Shown here in pieces: positions 1 through 12,176 of a stretch of DNA of 64,000 nt (positions are counted from its first letter, which is position 1; every line of letters begins with the position of its first letter). Below the pieces are notes generated by a model that did no database searches, was not told where the DNA came from, and saw only the letters and a list, made by a program, of their open reading frames with translations. Made by a program: the position numbers and the translations under genes. This DNA comes from Octopus vulgaris (lineage: Eukaryota). The stretch spans positions 22,506,001 to 22,570,000 of the forward strand of contig OX597815.1 of NCBI GenBank assembly GCA_951406725.2, written 5' to 3'.

Positions 1-155
1 TTCTGTGTCACGCTGTATCTCCCTCAGAACTACGTTAAGAGTTCGCGTGTCTGTGGAGTGCTCAGCCACTTGTATGTTGATTTCACGATCAGGCTGTTCT
101 GTTGATCGGATTAACTGGGGCGCTCCTCTTCGTAACCGATGGTGTGCCAGTTGTA
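1..155 (+). mobile_element. 3' part of tRNA-derived SINE family A (cut by window edge)
   Basis: Matches the 3' half (…gaactacgttaag…gtgtctgtggagtgctcagccactt…gtaaccga) of the full copies at 11785-12176 and 12883-13270. Confidence 0.85.
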
Positions 156-158
156 GTT

Positions 159-541
159 ATACATACATACATACATAGATACATACATACATACATACAC
201 ATACACATACATACATACATACATACATACATACATGCACACACACACATACATACATACATGTATACATACATACATACACATACATACATACATACAC
301 ACATACATACATATATACATACATACACACACACATACATACATACATCATACATACATACATACATACATATATACACACATACATACACACACACACA
401 CATACGTACATACATACATACATACATATATACATACATACACACACACATACATACATACATACATACATACACACACACATTCATACATACATACACA
501 CACACACATTCATACATACATACATACATACATACATACAT

Positions 542-596
<55 letters not shown>

Positions 597-616
597 TACA
601 TACATACATACATACA

Positions 617-647
<31 letters not shown>
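159..647. repeat. (TACA)n/(CA)n compound microsatellite
   Basis: Direct inspection; source of the HTYI/MYVC ORFs. Confidence 0.97.
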
Positions 648-1656
648 TAATCTATCAAAGTTTTTATCATGTTTAACAACATATTTAGAATCGCTCTGAA
701 AATGCACCTGCTGTTTGACTAGCCAGGGTAAATTATCACGTTCACTAACCGAGTTGGTGCTGCTCTCGTTAAAGCATTCCTCAGGATTCGAAGACTTTTT
801 CCTGGCTGCTGAGAAATGGTAGTGGGCATTACTTCTGAATCAATGTAATAGGTTTTTAAAAAAAGCTGAAACTAATCAATTAGGCGACTTTGGCTACTAG
901 AAGCCATACGATTTAAACAGTGTCTATTTTCAAAGACGTGCTAAAAATAAGTTTCTTAAGTATATTAGTACAATATTGTATTACAGGTTTAATCCCATTA
1001 TTGTAACGCTGTTTACAAATATAATCTTATATATGCTGCGTTAGTGTTCCATTTAACATAGATGTATGGCCAATTTACACTAGCATGTAAATAAGGTCGG
1101 GTTTAGTTTGATCGCGCATATATTTCTCATAAATCAGTGCTCACACCTATCTCTCAACAGCCAGGTGAATGTAATCGGAATCTGAAATAGTGTGTGTATG
1201 TGTGTGTTTGTGTATCTATTCTTTCCTTCCCCACCGTCTCTTTTGTCCTAAGCGCCCACTTGGATAAACACTATTTCAATCTTACAGCGAGAAAATTTAT
1301 ATACTTATTACCGAAGATGCGTGAGCCATGCCCGTAAACAATTTCTTCGCCAAGGGAGTGGTGACAACTTGGAAAAAAATGTAATTATTAGCCAGTGTTT
1401 ACAGATGAATTCGTTTCGAGGCATATCGTTGCTAATAAGTTTATGCGTGTGTATGTGTATATATATATATTCGCCAGGTGGTTAGTGGAAATGAAAGACA
1501 GGAAAATTTCATCACACCGGAGATCTGACTTGAATACTTGAATGCATGCAACAGAGTAAACACTGTTCTAATGGTGTCGAACGTGCTAAATGACGTTAAA
1601 CAGCGTGGTGGATTAAGTCACCACCACCACCTACGTAAATTATGACATGATTGAAC

Positions 1657-1870
1657 TGTAGTGGAAGAATTCCGACCACCCCCAAGTGACTAAAAGTTGA
1701 CTGGCACATTGCTATAAAATAAAGAACTGACAGCAGTTCAGAAGAAGCAGTTCACTGTGAGCCGAAGGCAGTGAGCGTTTAACTTCGTGTAACAGTAATT
1801 GTAGTGCGTCGTGCGAATACTTTCTTTCCCCCTGCTTCGTTAAATTAGTTATCCAATGCCACGATATAAA
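1657..1870 (+). repeat. 5' LTR
   Basis: tgtagtggaagaattccgac…gatataaa, repeated at 3160-3371; contains TATAAAATAAA. Confidence 0.88.
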
Positions 1871-1887
1871 AGTGGTGACGACGACGA

Positions 1888-2720
1888 GATCGTTAATGAG
1901 AAGTTATGTATATTGGCCAACAATGAGCCTTGGCATTGACGAACTAGTGAAAGTACGCAGAGTTTGTGCCCTAGTTACAAAAGCACCTACCCATTTCTTT
2001 ACTACCCACAAGGAGCTAAACACAGAGAGGACAAACAAGGACAGACAAACGGATTAAGTCGATTATATCGACCCCAGTGCGTAACTGGTAGTTATTTAAT
2101 CGATCCCGAAAGGATGAAAGGCAAAGTTGACCTCGGCAGAATTTGAACTCAGAACGTAGCGGCAGACGAAATACTGCTAAGCATTTCGCCCGGCCTGCTA
2201 ACGTTTCTGCCAGCACCTACCATTAAATGGCAGCCGTAGCCAAAAACAGATATTATCTGGTCCAAGCTGCATGGTGATTACGCAAGTCCACTTAAGGCTT
2301 CATATTACCTTGTTGTGGTGGACAGTTTTTCAAAGTGACCTGAAGAGCATAAGTGTAAAAAGCCGACATCTGCGGTCACAGTAAGTTTTTTATACAAATT
2401 GTTCGCCAGATATAGGATTCCTGATACCATTTTATTTGATAATGGAACTCAGTTTACTTCAGACGAGTTCAGAGAATTTTGTAAAATGTTCGCTATCAAA
2501 CATGTGACCACTCTGCTGTATCATTTGCCGTAGATGAAATAGACAAGCGGAACGTTTTGTTGACACTTTCAAGGCCTTAAAAAAAGCAAACAATAAAGTA
2601 ATAGAGGACCTTGCACTTCAACAATTTCCAAGAGTGTACCGAGTAACACCTAATCCGAATACCCCGTCTGGAATGTCACTTGCAGAAATGATGTTTGCTA
2701 GAAAGATCTGATCCGGTTGT
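1888..2720 (+). pseudogene. Retroviral-type integrase remnant (zinc-binding region plus rve core), interrupted by a SINE
   Basis: SLMRSYVYWPTM…LVK..VC, then after the SINE WSKLHGDYASP…YYLVVVDSFSK*PE…LFARYRIPDTILFDNGTQFTS.EF…QAERFVDTFK. The D,D,E residues are visible, with in-frame stops. Confidence 0.9.
1992..2211 (-). mobile_element. SINE family B copy nested in the integrase gene
   Basis: Matches the copies at 13948-14426 and 41971-42202; TSD AGCACCTACC at 1982-1991 and 2212-2221. Confidence 0.9.
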
Positions 2721-3159
2721 GATAGGTTGATACAGGGTGAAAATAAATAAAAGACGAACAACAAAAATACTTCAAAATTCTTCAAGTTAGGTGACAAAGT
2801 TGTTTTTTAAAACCTATAGATATGGTAAAGAAAACTGGGAGGACGGTGTGATTATTAAACAAATTAGAAGACTGTTATTCCTGGTAAAAGGGAAAAATGT
2901 CGAACATAAAAGACATTAACCAACTTTAAAAAGAGATTTACGGAAAAACAGTCACGAGAAATGAAATCCCCATAGAAATATTGTACGACACGTTTGAGGT
3001 ATCAACACCCAAGCAATTTGAAACTACACGTTCTAGCACCAGAAAACAGAAAAGAACGGAAACAATTTAACCCTAAGCGTAAGAGATATTAAAACTTTGA
3101 GCGGAGTTTGATTCTCAAAAGGGGAGAAGTAAGGGGAGATTAGTTCCAAAAAGGGGAGA

Positions 3160-3371
3160 TGTTGTGGAAGAATTCCGACACCCCCAAGTGACTAAAAGTG
3201 AACAGACACATTGCTATAAAATAAAGAACTGTGAGCAGTTCAGAAGAAGCAGTTCACTGTGAGCCGTTGCAAAGAGCCTTTTAACCTCGTCAAACAGTAA
3301 TCGTAGCGCGTCCTGTGAATATTTTCTTTTCCCTGCTTCGTCAAATTAATTATCCAACACCAGGATATAAA
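3160..3371 (+). repeat. 3' LTR
   Basis: Direct repeat of 1657-1870, preceded by the PPT. Confidence 0.88.
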
Positions 3372-3579
3372 TGAAGTATGATGCAAAGTGTGGAACAGAT
3401 ACGACAAGTATACGATTCGGTCATCTTATCTACCATCCACCGTAAAATATACAATGTGTTTGTGGGTAACATGTGTGTGTGTGTAACAGGAAAGAAGAAG
3501 AATCGTTAAAGATGTAAATAGGTCATTATTAACGACCTAAATCTCATTCCCCTTTCAACAAATTTACTGGGATCAGTAC

Positions 3580-3953
3580 CTCCCTCTCCGTCTTCATTTT
3601 CTCTTGGAAGTTAAAATTTTAAAAAATATAGATGCAGATTGGCTAAAAAAAAACAGTGCTATCTGTCTTCAGTCCTTTCAATCTCGCCCACCACACATCC
3701 ATCTTCACCAAAGCTACCAGATAGATAAAAACTGCTTGTCTTTCTTGGCCAGTCTGGCGGGACAATTTTTACAATGGACTCCACTGCAAGCAGAATCCGA
3801 CCTATACCTGATAGCAGATGTTCAACATTACGCCACAAACCAGCAATCCTCGAGGATTGGACGAATGCAGAACGGTTTCATTGCGCCCGCATCAAGGATA
3901 TGCATCTAGGATTTGCAACCAGTTTACCAGTAGACCTGCAAGGCCACGGATAA
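3580..3953 (-). other. Candidate host-gene exon (5'-UTR ending in AAAATG-AAG-ACG-GAG-AGG-GAG, MKTERE)
   Basis: Non-repetitive, higher-GC island. On the minus strand it has acceptor ttctcacattctcaatttctag|, ATG at 3597 in an AAAATGA context, and possible donor GAG|GTACTG. No homology recognised. Confidence 0.25.
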
Positions 3954-5207
3954 CTAGAAATTGAGAATGTGAGAACGTAATTGCTTTTGTCTACCACTAA
4001 TCCTTTATAAATGAATTCTTTGTAAATTTACATATACACACACGTCCAATATGTGTGTGTATGTGTGTGTTCGTAAGAATATATATATGTACACATACAT
4101 ATCCATACATACTTATCTCTGTGTATGTGTGTGTATATTTTTATTTGTTGAAGTGTTGAAAGAATATATGATTTATAAATCTATCTGGACAGATTTAATA
4201 ATTTGTTTTCACCTTTTGTAATTCATCTAATCCTACCACCTTGCTCCTACAATGACTTTGGAAATGTTATGCTACGTATAATTTACCATCTTTTGAGTTG
4301 TGATGAAATATGAATAAAATAAAACTATAGCCTAACGGGTTTTAACATTCACGTAGTATTGGCTTGATTTTCACTTTTTACTGCAATTAAATTGCTCTCG
4401 TTCCATCTCAATGTACGATAGCAATACATTATTGGTGTCTCTTGAGATTTCTCTGCAATCTGCATTTTACACCATAAAGAATTTACGATAAAAACGTGAA
4501 AGACATCAGCGCCAAACAGAAACACACACCAAGAATTATGGGGAAAAAATAACATAATTAATCTTTTGCGGAAACCTAACTATATATAGAAATGCATGCA
4601 CGCACAAAATGTTACGTAAACAAGTAAAGGAAAATCCAATTGACACCCACTACTTTCGTAAATGTTTATATTTATCTAATTGTTTCTGCGCTTCTCTTTT
4701 CCCCTTCTCTCTCTCTCTCTCTCTTACTCACTCGCTTGCTTATTCTCCCTCTATCTCTCTCTCTCTTTCTCTCCTGAAGATTAGAGAGAAAGGAGAGGTT
4801 GTGTTTTTATATCTATATATATATGTATCAGCATATGTGCATGCTGGGGATTAAGAATGTTTTAAAATTACAGCTGACTATCTTGTCCTTTGATATATGG
4901 AAATTGATCTTTAGCATATATCGGAAGATAGCCTTATCTAAAGCATAAGTGAAACTGACTCATGCCACGGCTAGCCACCAGTTTACATCCGCCTATGCTA
5001 TTACGTAATCAGGAATAACAAACGAGTAGTGGACGCTTTTCAGATAATGACATTTACCGGGAGAACTGAGCCGGCAGTTTGATTTTGATTCTTCCTTGGC
5101 TAGTTTCACATTCATAACTAATTCATTTCTAGAAAAACATAAACATCACAGCTTCATATTTTACTGCTTCTGAAAGATTAGGCGATCTATTGTAATAAAT
5201 TATGAAT

Positions 5208-5371
5208 AGGCGTAGGAGTGGCTGCGTGGTAAGTAGCTTGTTTACCAACCACATGGTCCCGGGTTCAGTCCCACTGCGTGACATCTTGGGCAAGTGTCTT
5301 CTACTATAGCCTCGGGCCGACCAAAGCCTTGTGAGTGGATTTGGTAGACGTAAACTAAAAGAAGCCCGTCG

Positions 5372-5421
<50 letters not shown>

Positions 5422-5677
5422 TATATACATATATATATACATATATATATATATTTGTATGTGTGTGTTTGTGTGTTTGTTTGTCCTCCCATAATCGCTT
5501 GACAACCGATGCTGGTGTGTTTACGTCCCCGTAACTTAGCGGTTCGGCAAAAGAACCGACAGAATAAGTACTAGGCTTCCAAAGAATAAGTCCTGGGGTC
5601 GATCTGCTCGACTAAAGGTGGTGCTCCAGCATGGCCACAGTCAAATGACTGAAACAAGTAAAAGAGAGTAAAGAGAG
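5208..5677 (+). mobile_element. Full-length SINE family C (tRNA-like head, CORE-like cttgggcaagt motif, internal microsatellite)
   Basis: Head aggcgtaggagtggctgcgtggtaag…gggttcagtccc (A/B-box-like), internal (TA)n/(TG)n, tail …gactgaaacaagtaaaagag. Other copies at 7283, 16590, 21980 and 41214. Confidence 0.88.
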
Positions 5678-6043
5678 ATTCATCTACGCAAATGATTATG
5701 CAAATAAGAGAAAATTATTTCTAATTTCGTTGTTCCTCGTTTCGTTTATCCGAAATGAAATGCAATGACACAATTTTGTATTACACGACAATATATTAAG
5801 TGATATACTGGTTGAATCAAATGAAAACATGAACTCCAGTTTGAATAACATGCCTCGGGCTGGTAAAAATAAATTACTCTCCCCGTTCTTCGCTTCTCAT
5901 CAAACTACTTTACAATGAACCTATGTCGCGGTAAAACTAAGGATTGATGTTGAGCCATCATCCGATAGCTTGTTTGTTTGACTTGATTTCAAAATTGATT
6001 GAGATTTCAAAATTTATCAAAATTGTGTTATTTACTGTAGTAA

Positions 6044-6088
<45 letters not shown>

Positions 6089-6215
6089 AATAGCAATATC
6101 TCTCTACCCAATATAATTGTGTGTGTATGTGTGCGTTTGTGTGTGTCCGTGTGACCGTGTGAGTAGTTGAACGATCTTTAAATGCCTTAGTGTAAAAGAA
6201 ATGTTTCAGCTGGCG

Positions 6216-6317
<102 letters not shown>

Positions 6318-6690
6318 GTGTGTGTACACCACACATACATAATACATACATGCATACATGCATACACACACACATACATGCATACATACATACATTTAAA
6401 GTATTGCAGATGGTGTTCCAACACATAGATGTTGATGTGGTTCATAAGAAAGGTTAAATACTTAGGATTTTTCTTGAATAATACTGAAGCTTTCATATAT
6501 ATTTACTAGTATTACAATTCCTAAGAGAGATTTACATACTTAAATATAGATATTTAGCTATTTAAACGCTAATGGTAAAGTATGAATATCCTATAACACC
6601 GATTATTGCGCTTACAACTTAGTATCAATAGGTGATGCATATTCACTCTCTCACTTAACTGTACATGTGTGCATGTATGCATGTATATAT

Positions 6691-6738
<48 letters not shown>

Positions 6739-6741
<3 letters not shown>

Positions 6742-7282
6742 AAAATACAAAATGGGACAAAAACGCAAAACATCCGGACAACTAGGCGATGCAAAAAGGG
6801 ACAACAAATCATCCAGATAGATGATACAAAAAAACGCGGACGGGTCATTCGAAGCGAAAATTTTGAAAAGTTCCCCCAGTTCTGAAAAAAATCGATACAT
6901 TCGACATGGGGTCGAGAATCAGAAACACAAACCACAGACTGTCTAGGGGACGCGACTCGACCTTTTTAACTCTCAAAAAAAATTTGCCATCATTTTTTCC
7001 CCATTTTTTTGCTATTTTTTGGCTATAACTCTCTAAACCGGTTCATCATCGCAATTTCGGCTGATTAATCTTGAGATTGCTCCAATCTGGCCAGCCCCAA
7101 AGAAAAACTAAGCAAAGAGCATTAGATTCCTGGGAAAAAAGCATCGAATGTATACGAAAGAAGGACGGAACAACAGACGATGTTACACGAATATAAATAC
7201 AAAAATACAATAAAAAACAATAATAGTAATAATAACAGGACATAACAACAGGCGTCTTTCGACTGGGGACGAATTGAATTCA
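6739..7282. mobile_element. Unclassified dispersed repeat family F, abutting a (TA)n tract and interrupted by a Helitron fragment
   Basis: Reverse-complement homology to 54930-55310, including a conserved nested hairpin ggctgg..agattg-gag-caatct..cagcc-gaaa. Confidence 0.7.
6853..7037 (+). mobile_element. Internal fragment of the non-autonomous Helitron, lacking both termini
   Basis: Near-identical reverse complement of about 10777-10960. Confidence 0.85.
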
Positions 7283-7520
7283 GCCCGTCGTATATGTGTG
7301 CATGTGTTTCTGTGTGTTTGTCTTTCGTTACCCCATCTCCTTTTGACGACCGGTATTGGTGTGCTTATGTCCCCGTAACATAGCGGGTCGACAAAAGACA
7401 CCGATAGAATAAGTACTAGTTATAAGTCCTGGGGTCGATTTCTTCGACTAGAACCCTTCAAAGTGGTGCTCCAGCATGTCCGCAGTCAAATGATTACAAC
7501 AAGTAAAAAAATAAAAGAAC
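7283..7520 (+). mobile_element. SINE family C, 3' half
   Basis: agcccgtcgtata…tgtccccgtaac…tcctggggtcgat…gctccagcatg…aagtaaaa, as in 5363-5677. Confidence 0.85.
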
Positions 7521-8589
7521 GTGATTGTGTGATCGGGGAATTTTATTCACGACAATTGTTTTCGGAGAAACAAATTTAAAGTAATCATAGCAGATTATAT
7601 CATATTGCATAAATCTCTATTCCCATTAGGTATTATTTAAACTTAGTCAACCGCAACATTTCAACCTACTAATTTCAGCCAGAGGAGTTTTAAAATTAGG
7701 ATACAAATATATTAGGTCGTTAAGTATGAAATTTGTAGTTTATATTAGTTCAAAGGATTCATTAAGAATCGAGGTACATCAACGTGTAAGACCTCTACTA
7801 ATTGACTAGATAGAATAACGCAGGGTAGACTGCAAGATAATCCGTTATCATGGGTATCAATTATACCGAATAGATACTGTTGTTAGGTAATTTTTAATTC
7901 AAATTATTTATCAATTATCCAGTTCCTTGAACCCTTTCTGTGGCATAAGTATAAGAAATAACAGACGAATGAAACTATAGTAGGTTTAATGGAGGTTTCT
8001 TTTTTATATATTGAAACGTATATGTCGCAGTTGAACTGACCCAAATGTCTGCCATATATTATGATGAGCGACTGATGTACTTCGATTCTTAATGAATCCT
8101 TTGAACTAATATAAACTTTGATAGTATGTTGAAAATGTAAAACTGATGGTATGGTATAATCAAACTTGTATTTATAGGGGCAAATGCTCGAAACTGGTCA
8201 CAATAAAAATCTTATTCCAGCAGCATTTTTCTTTTTCGCCATAAAGCAAGACTTCAACATTTTGGATTCAACAGACAGTAGATATTTGGTTGCGGCGAAC
8301 GAGGTTCCACATGCATGAACGACAATAAAGACAATGAAAGACCATAGAAATGACTGCTCCGATCACACGCGTCGTTGCATCTCTAGTTGACTTGGTGTTA
8401 ATGTCTAATAACTGGAGAGTCGTCTTGTCGTACTGGTGTATGTCTCTGTTATCGTGTGAGCCACGACTAGGAAGTATTGCATCTTGAATGGAAAACAGAA
8501 GGAAGCGTAAAAGCTAGTCATACGTGGTAGCTAGTCTGCCCACCGTACATATATGTATACTGTGTGCGTGTGCGCGTGTGCGCGTGTGT

Positions 8590-8873
8590 GAAGGTGCAAG
8601 GTCGTGAGTTCAATTCTCGGTGATGCGTTGTGTCCTTAAGTAAGACACTTTATTTCACGCTACTCCAGTCCACTCAGCTGGCAAAAATGAGCAGTATCTG
8701 TATTTCAAAGGTCCAGCCTTGTCACACTCTGTGTCATGCTGAATCTCCCTGAGAACTACGTTATGGGTACACGTGTCTGTGGAGTGCTAAGCCACATGCA
8801 CGTTCATTTCACGAGGAGGGTGTTCCGTTGATCAGATCAACTGGAATATTTGTTGTCGTAACCGATGGAATAC

Positions 8874-8878
<5 letters not shown>
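8590..8878 (+). mobile_element. SINE family A variant with a different central domain
   Basis: The 3' ~185 bp match family A; the central part (gtgtccttaagtaagacactttatttcacg…cactcagctggcaaaaatgag) differs from the 11785 and 12883 copies. Confidence 0.8.
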
Positions 8879-8916
<38 letters not shown>

Positions 8917-9089
8917 ATGTAGGATAAAATCTTTTCGAAAAAAAAAATTTATCAATGGCCAGCATATTAAAAAATACCTTTAAAGGTTAAAATTACAAAC
9001 AACTTATAAATAAGGGCAAACGAAAAAATTTCTAATGCCAAATATGCCGAAAATTGGACATATTGTCCATTGCCATATAATATATATGG

Positions 9090-9175
<86 letters not shown>

Positions 9176-9715
9176 GGAGAGAGAAAGAGGGATTATGTTA
9201 GTGTGACGGCGCTAGGGCAAATTTTAGAACTCTGGGAGTGGGATTTTGATAGTTTCTTTGTCAAATTATATTTATGCAACCTACTAAGGATTTGAATCAT
9301 ACTACGATCATTGCTATGAGCTAAGACACCTACACACACAAACACAAAAAAATATAAGAATATACTTGAAAAGGTACATGCACTTAACATTTATTTATAG
9401 TGACCAACAACGACGAGGGCGTTTGGAATATATCATGAAATAGAATTAGTGTAACATTACCCCAAATGAATAGGTCAGAGTAGGAAAGAGATTCAAGGGA
9501 CGATTAGGTCAGAATCATTGAGAGTGGGCTAAAGAAGTTGTTGCGGCAGGCAGCCAAGTGGAATAGATACCGGGAACTGGTATGATACGTGCGATTTCAC
9601 TCGCATATTTGTGGTATTACAAAATAACATGCTGCCCACAAGATTCCACAGACATTACATATAACCTATAACACAGTCACAAATATGTGCATAGAAGCAT
9701 ATATAAAATAAATAA

Positions 9716-9783
<68 letters not shown>

Positions 9784-10720
9784 TTAAATATATGTATGTG
9801 TGCTTATACATATATTCATGTGTGTGTGTGTATGTAAACATTATCACATATAGTTGTAATTAAATATCAAACACATACACACACACACACACTCAGCCAA
9901 AACAGAAACACGTGCACGTGTGTACATGTATATATGCATATATACATTTATGCTCATATTTCATGCATTCTTATTCTTATATATATTCGTATGTATTTAT
10001 AAATACATACATCATTCATAGATGTGTACAGAGGGACATATATACACACATACACACACATACACACATACACATACATTGAGAAAGTGGGAGGGAGAAA
10101 GAAACTGTGGAAAGAGGCCTTAGGCGAATCTTGTAACCTTGAAATCTCAAGGGATATTTCATTAAATATCGTACAGTTACCTTGACATTTTAATCCTTCT
10201 GATGAGAGTTCAAGCCTCAGTCTATCATAAAAGAAGGGTTGGTACAAGATTATAAGGATGTGAGGAGGAGGTACTCCCTCCCCACACTCTCTCCCTCTCC
10301 CTGTCTCTCTGAGCCATAGTATTGCAGCTGGAAATTAGTAATCTGATGCTCCTGAGTGTTATCCTTTCGTAGTCTGACACCATTTATTTTTATATAAAAT
10401 AGTAACTTTTATCATTTGTTTATATACCTAATAGTTGTAATGTTTCTACCTATTAATTTTGCCTGTTTGGTTGCTTTGTATGTTTTGGGGTTTTTTTTTT
10501 GGGGGGGGGAGACTTGTCATGCCGGAATGGATTTACAAGAGACCAAAATTACGTTTCAAAAGAAATAAATGCATAAGAAACGGGGATACTTTTCAATATA
10601 TGGCATCGAGAATTTGCATTAAACAAACATATTTGTTAGTGTCGATTCCGTATTAACGGAAATATTTCCAACATATGTCATCAGAGCTAACACGGCAACC
10701 CCTAACAACTTCATAATCAA

Positions 10721-11103
10721 CTAGGAGTATCGCCCGGCGTTGCTCGGGTTTGTAAGGGAAATAACTATAAAACATTTTTAGAGAGTTATAGCCAAAAAAT
10801 AGCAAAAAAATGGGGGAAAAATGATGGCAAATTTTTTTGAGAGTTAAAAAGGTCGAGTTGCGTCCCCTAGACAGTCTGTGGTTTGTGTTTCTGATTCTCG
10901 ACCCCATGTCGAATTTATCGATTTTTTTCAGAACTGGGGGAACTTTTCAAAATTTTCGCTGCGTTAGTTTTGAATTATGACATTGGGCTATGTGTGTATC
11001 AAGTTTCATCAGAATCGGTTGAAAGCCATGGTCAGGATGAGGGTACAACCTAACAGACACACAGACACGCAGACAGACAAACTGCCGTTTATATAGAGAG
11101 AGA
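10721..11103 (-). mobile_element. Non-autonomous Helitron
   Basis: On the minus strand it starts TC (tctctctctatataaac) and ends CTAG, with subterminal hairpin CCCGAGC-AAC-GCCGGG. Inserted between A and T, no TSD. Confidence 0.88.
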
Positions 11104-11784
11104 TATCATCACCAACAACTTATTAACCACTCTACTGTCTCCGTCTTCATTTGTCAAATGAGCAGAACATTAATTTTTGATGTGATCCTTAATCTCTACT
11201 CGACTCATCTCTTGTCACTTTCATCGATGGATTAAAGTACATATGATAGTAAATATGCTAGATTCTAAGATGAATTGGAGTGAATTACAGTTTCCATTTA
11301 CTAATTTTTGCAATGTATTCAACATCTGCTCTTCGCAAATAGACTGCGATTCATCAACCATATAAGTTTTAAAAGAGGACCTACGGAACGTTTCTAATTG
11401 AGGAGTTTCCAGCAGGTGCCATATGATCATAATTATAGTTTTGTATAGGTACATATCAACTATCTTTAGACGCTGAGAGCCTATTTTATTTCAGCGCTTC
11501 GCGCATTGACGTTTGCAAAAGTAAATAGATGCCATTGCTGAGTAAACAAGGTATATGTCAAATTAAAAATTTGTTATTAAATGAGTGGTAACAGAAGCCT
11601 ACTTAGAAATATAAATATAAGAGGCGGAATACTCTGAGCATTTGAAAGAGTAAAGTCTCCTCGGAATTTCTCACGTCTCTGTTTCCGTTCATCGTGTAAA
11701 TATATGCGTGCCTGTATTTATTCGTGTGTGACTGTGTGAGGTGGGGTGGGACGTGTATGCGTAGTTTATACATGTTTGCGATAT

Positions 11785-12176
11785 TGTGGAAGCACTCCGT
11801 CGGTTACGACGATGAGGGTTCCGGTTGATCCGAATCAACGGAACAGCCTGCTCGTGAAATTAACGTGTAAGTGGCTGAGCACTCCACAGACACGTGCGCC
11901 CTTAACGTAGTTCTCGGGGATATTCAGCGTGACACAGAGAGTGACAAGGCTGGCCCCTTGAAATACAGGTACAACAGAAACAGGAAGTAAGAGTGGAGTG
12001 AGAGAAAGTTGAGGCGAAAGAGTACAACAGGGGTCGCCACTACCCCCTGCCAGAGCCTCGTGGGGCTTTAGGTGTTTTCGCTCAATAAACACGCACAACG
12101 CCCGGTCTGGGAATCGAAACCGCGATCCTCCGACCGCGAGTCCGCTGCCCTAACCACTGGGCCATTGCGCCTCCAC
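11785..12176 (-). mobile_element. Full-length tRNA-derived SINE family A
   Basis: Minus-strand head ggaggcgcaaTGGCCCAGTGGttagggcagcggac…GTTTCGATTCCc (A and B boxes); 11-bp TSD GTTTGCGATAT at 11774-11784 and 12177-12187. Confidence 0.93.

Larger units (their letters stand above)
1657..3371 (+). mobile_element. Internally deleted Ty3/Gypsy LTR retrotransposon (LTR-PBS-integrase remnant-PPT-LTR)
   Basis: Two ~212-bp direct repeats (1657-1870, 3160-3371) starting TGT. PBS-like TGGTGACGACGA follows the 5' LTR and resembles the tRNA-Ser(GCU) complement TGGCGACGAGG. Polypurine tract AAAAAGGGGAGA lies at 3148-3159. Flanks TGAAC/TGAAG form a 5-bp TSD with 1 mismatch. Confidence 0.9.

Noticed and set aside
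89-707. Long ORFs of MYVC/HTYI repeats here and throughout the ORF track (e.g. 15243-15911, 25912-26616, 35481-36008, 52563-53069)
   Set aside because: They are translations of (TACA)n, (TA)n and (CA)n microsatellites that lack stops in several frames on both strands; no coding signal.
9470-9620. Possible L2/Jockey-like LINE 3' remnant on the minus strand
   Set aside because: Only scattered residues resemble the motif after assuming several frameshifts.
12100-12176. tRNA-like sequence with A and B boxes (also 13195-13270)
   Set aside because: It is the head of a TSD-flanked SINE, lacks a proper acceptor stem and continues into the SINE body; not a tRNA gene.
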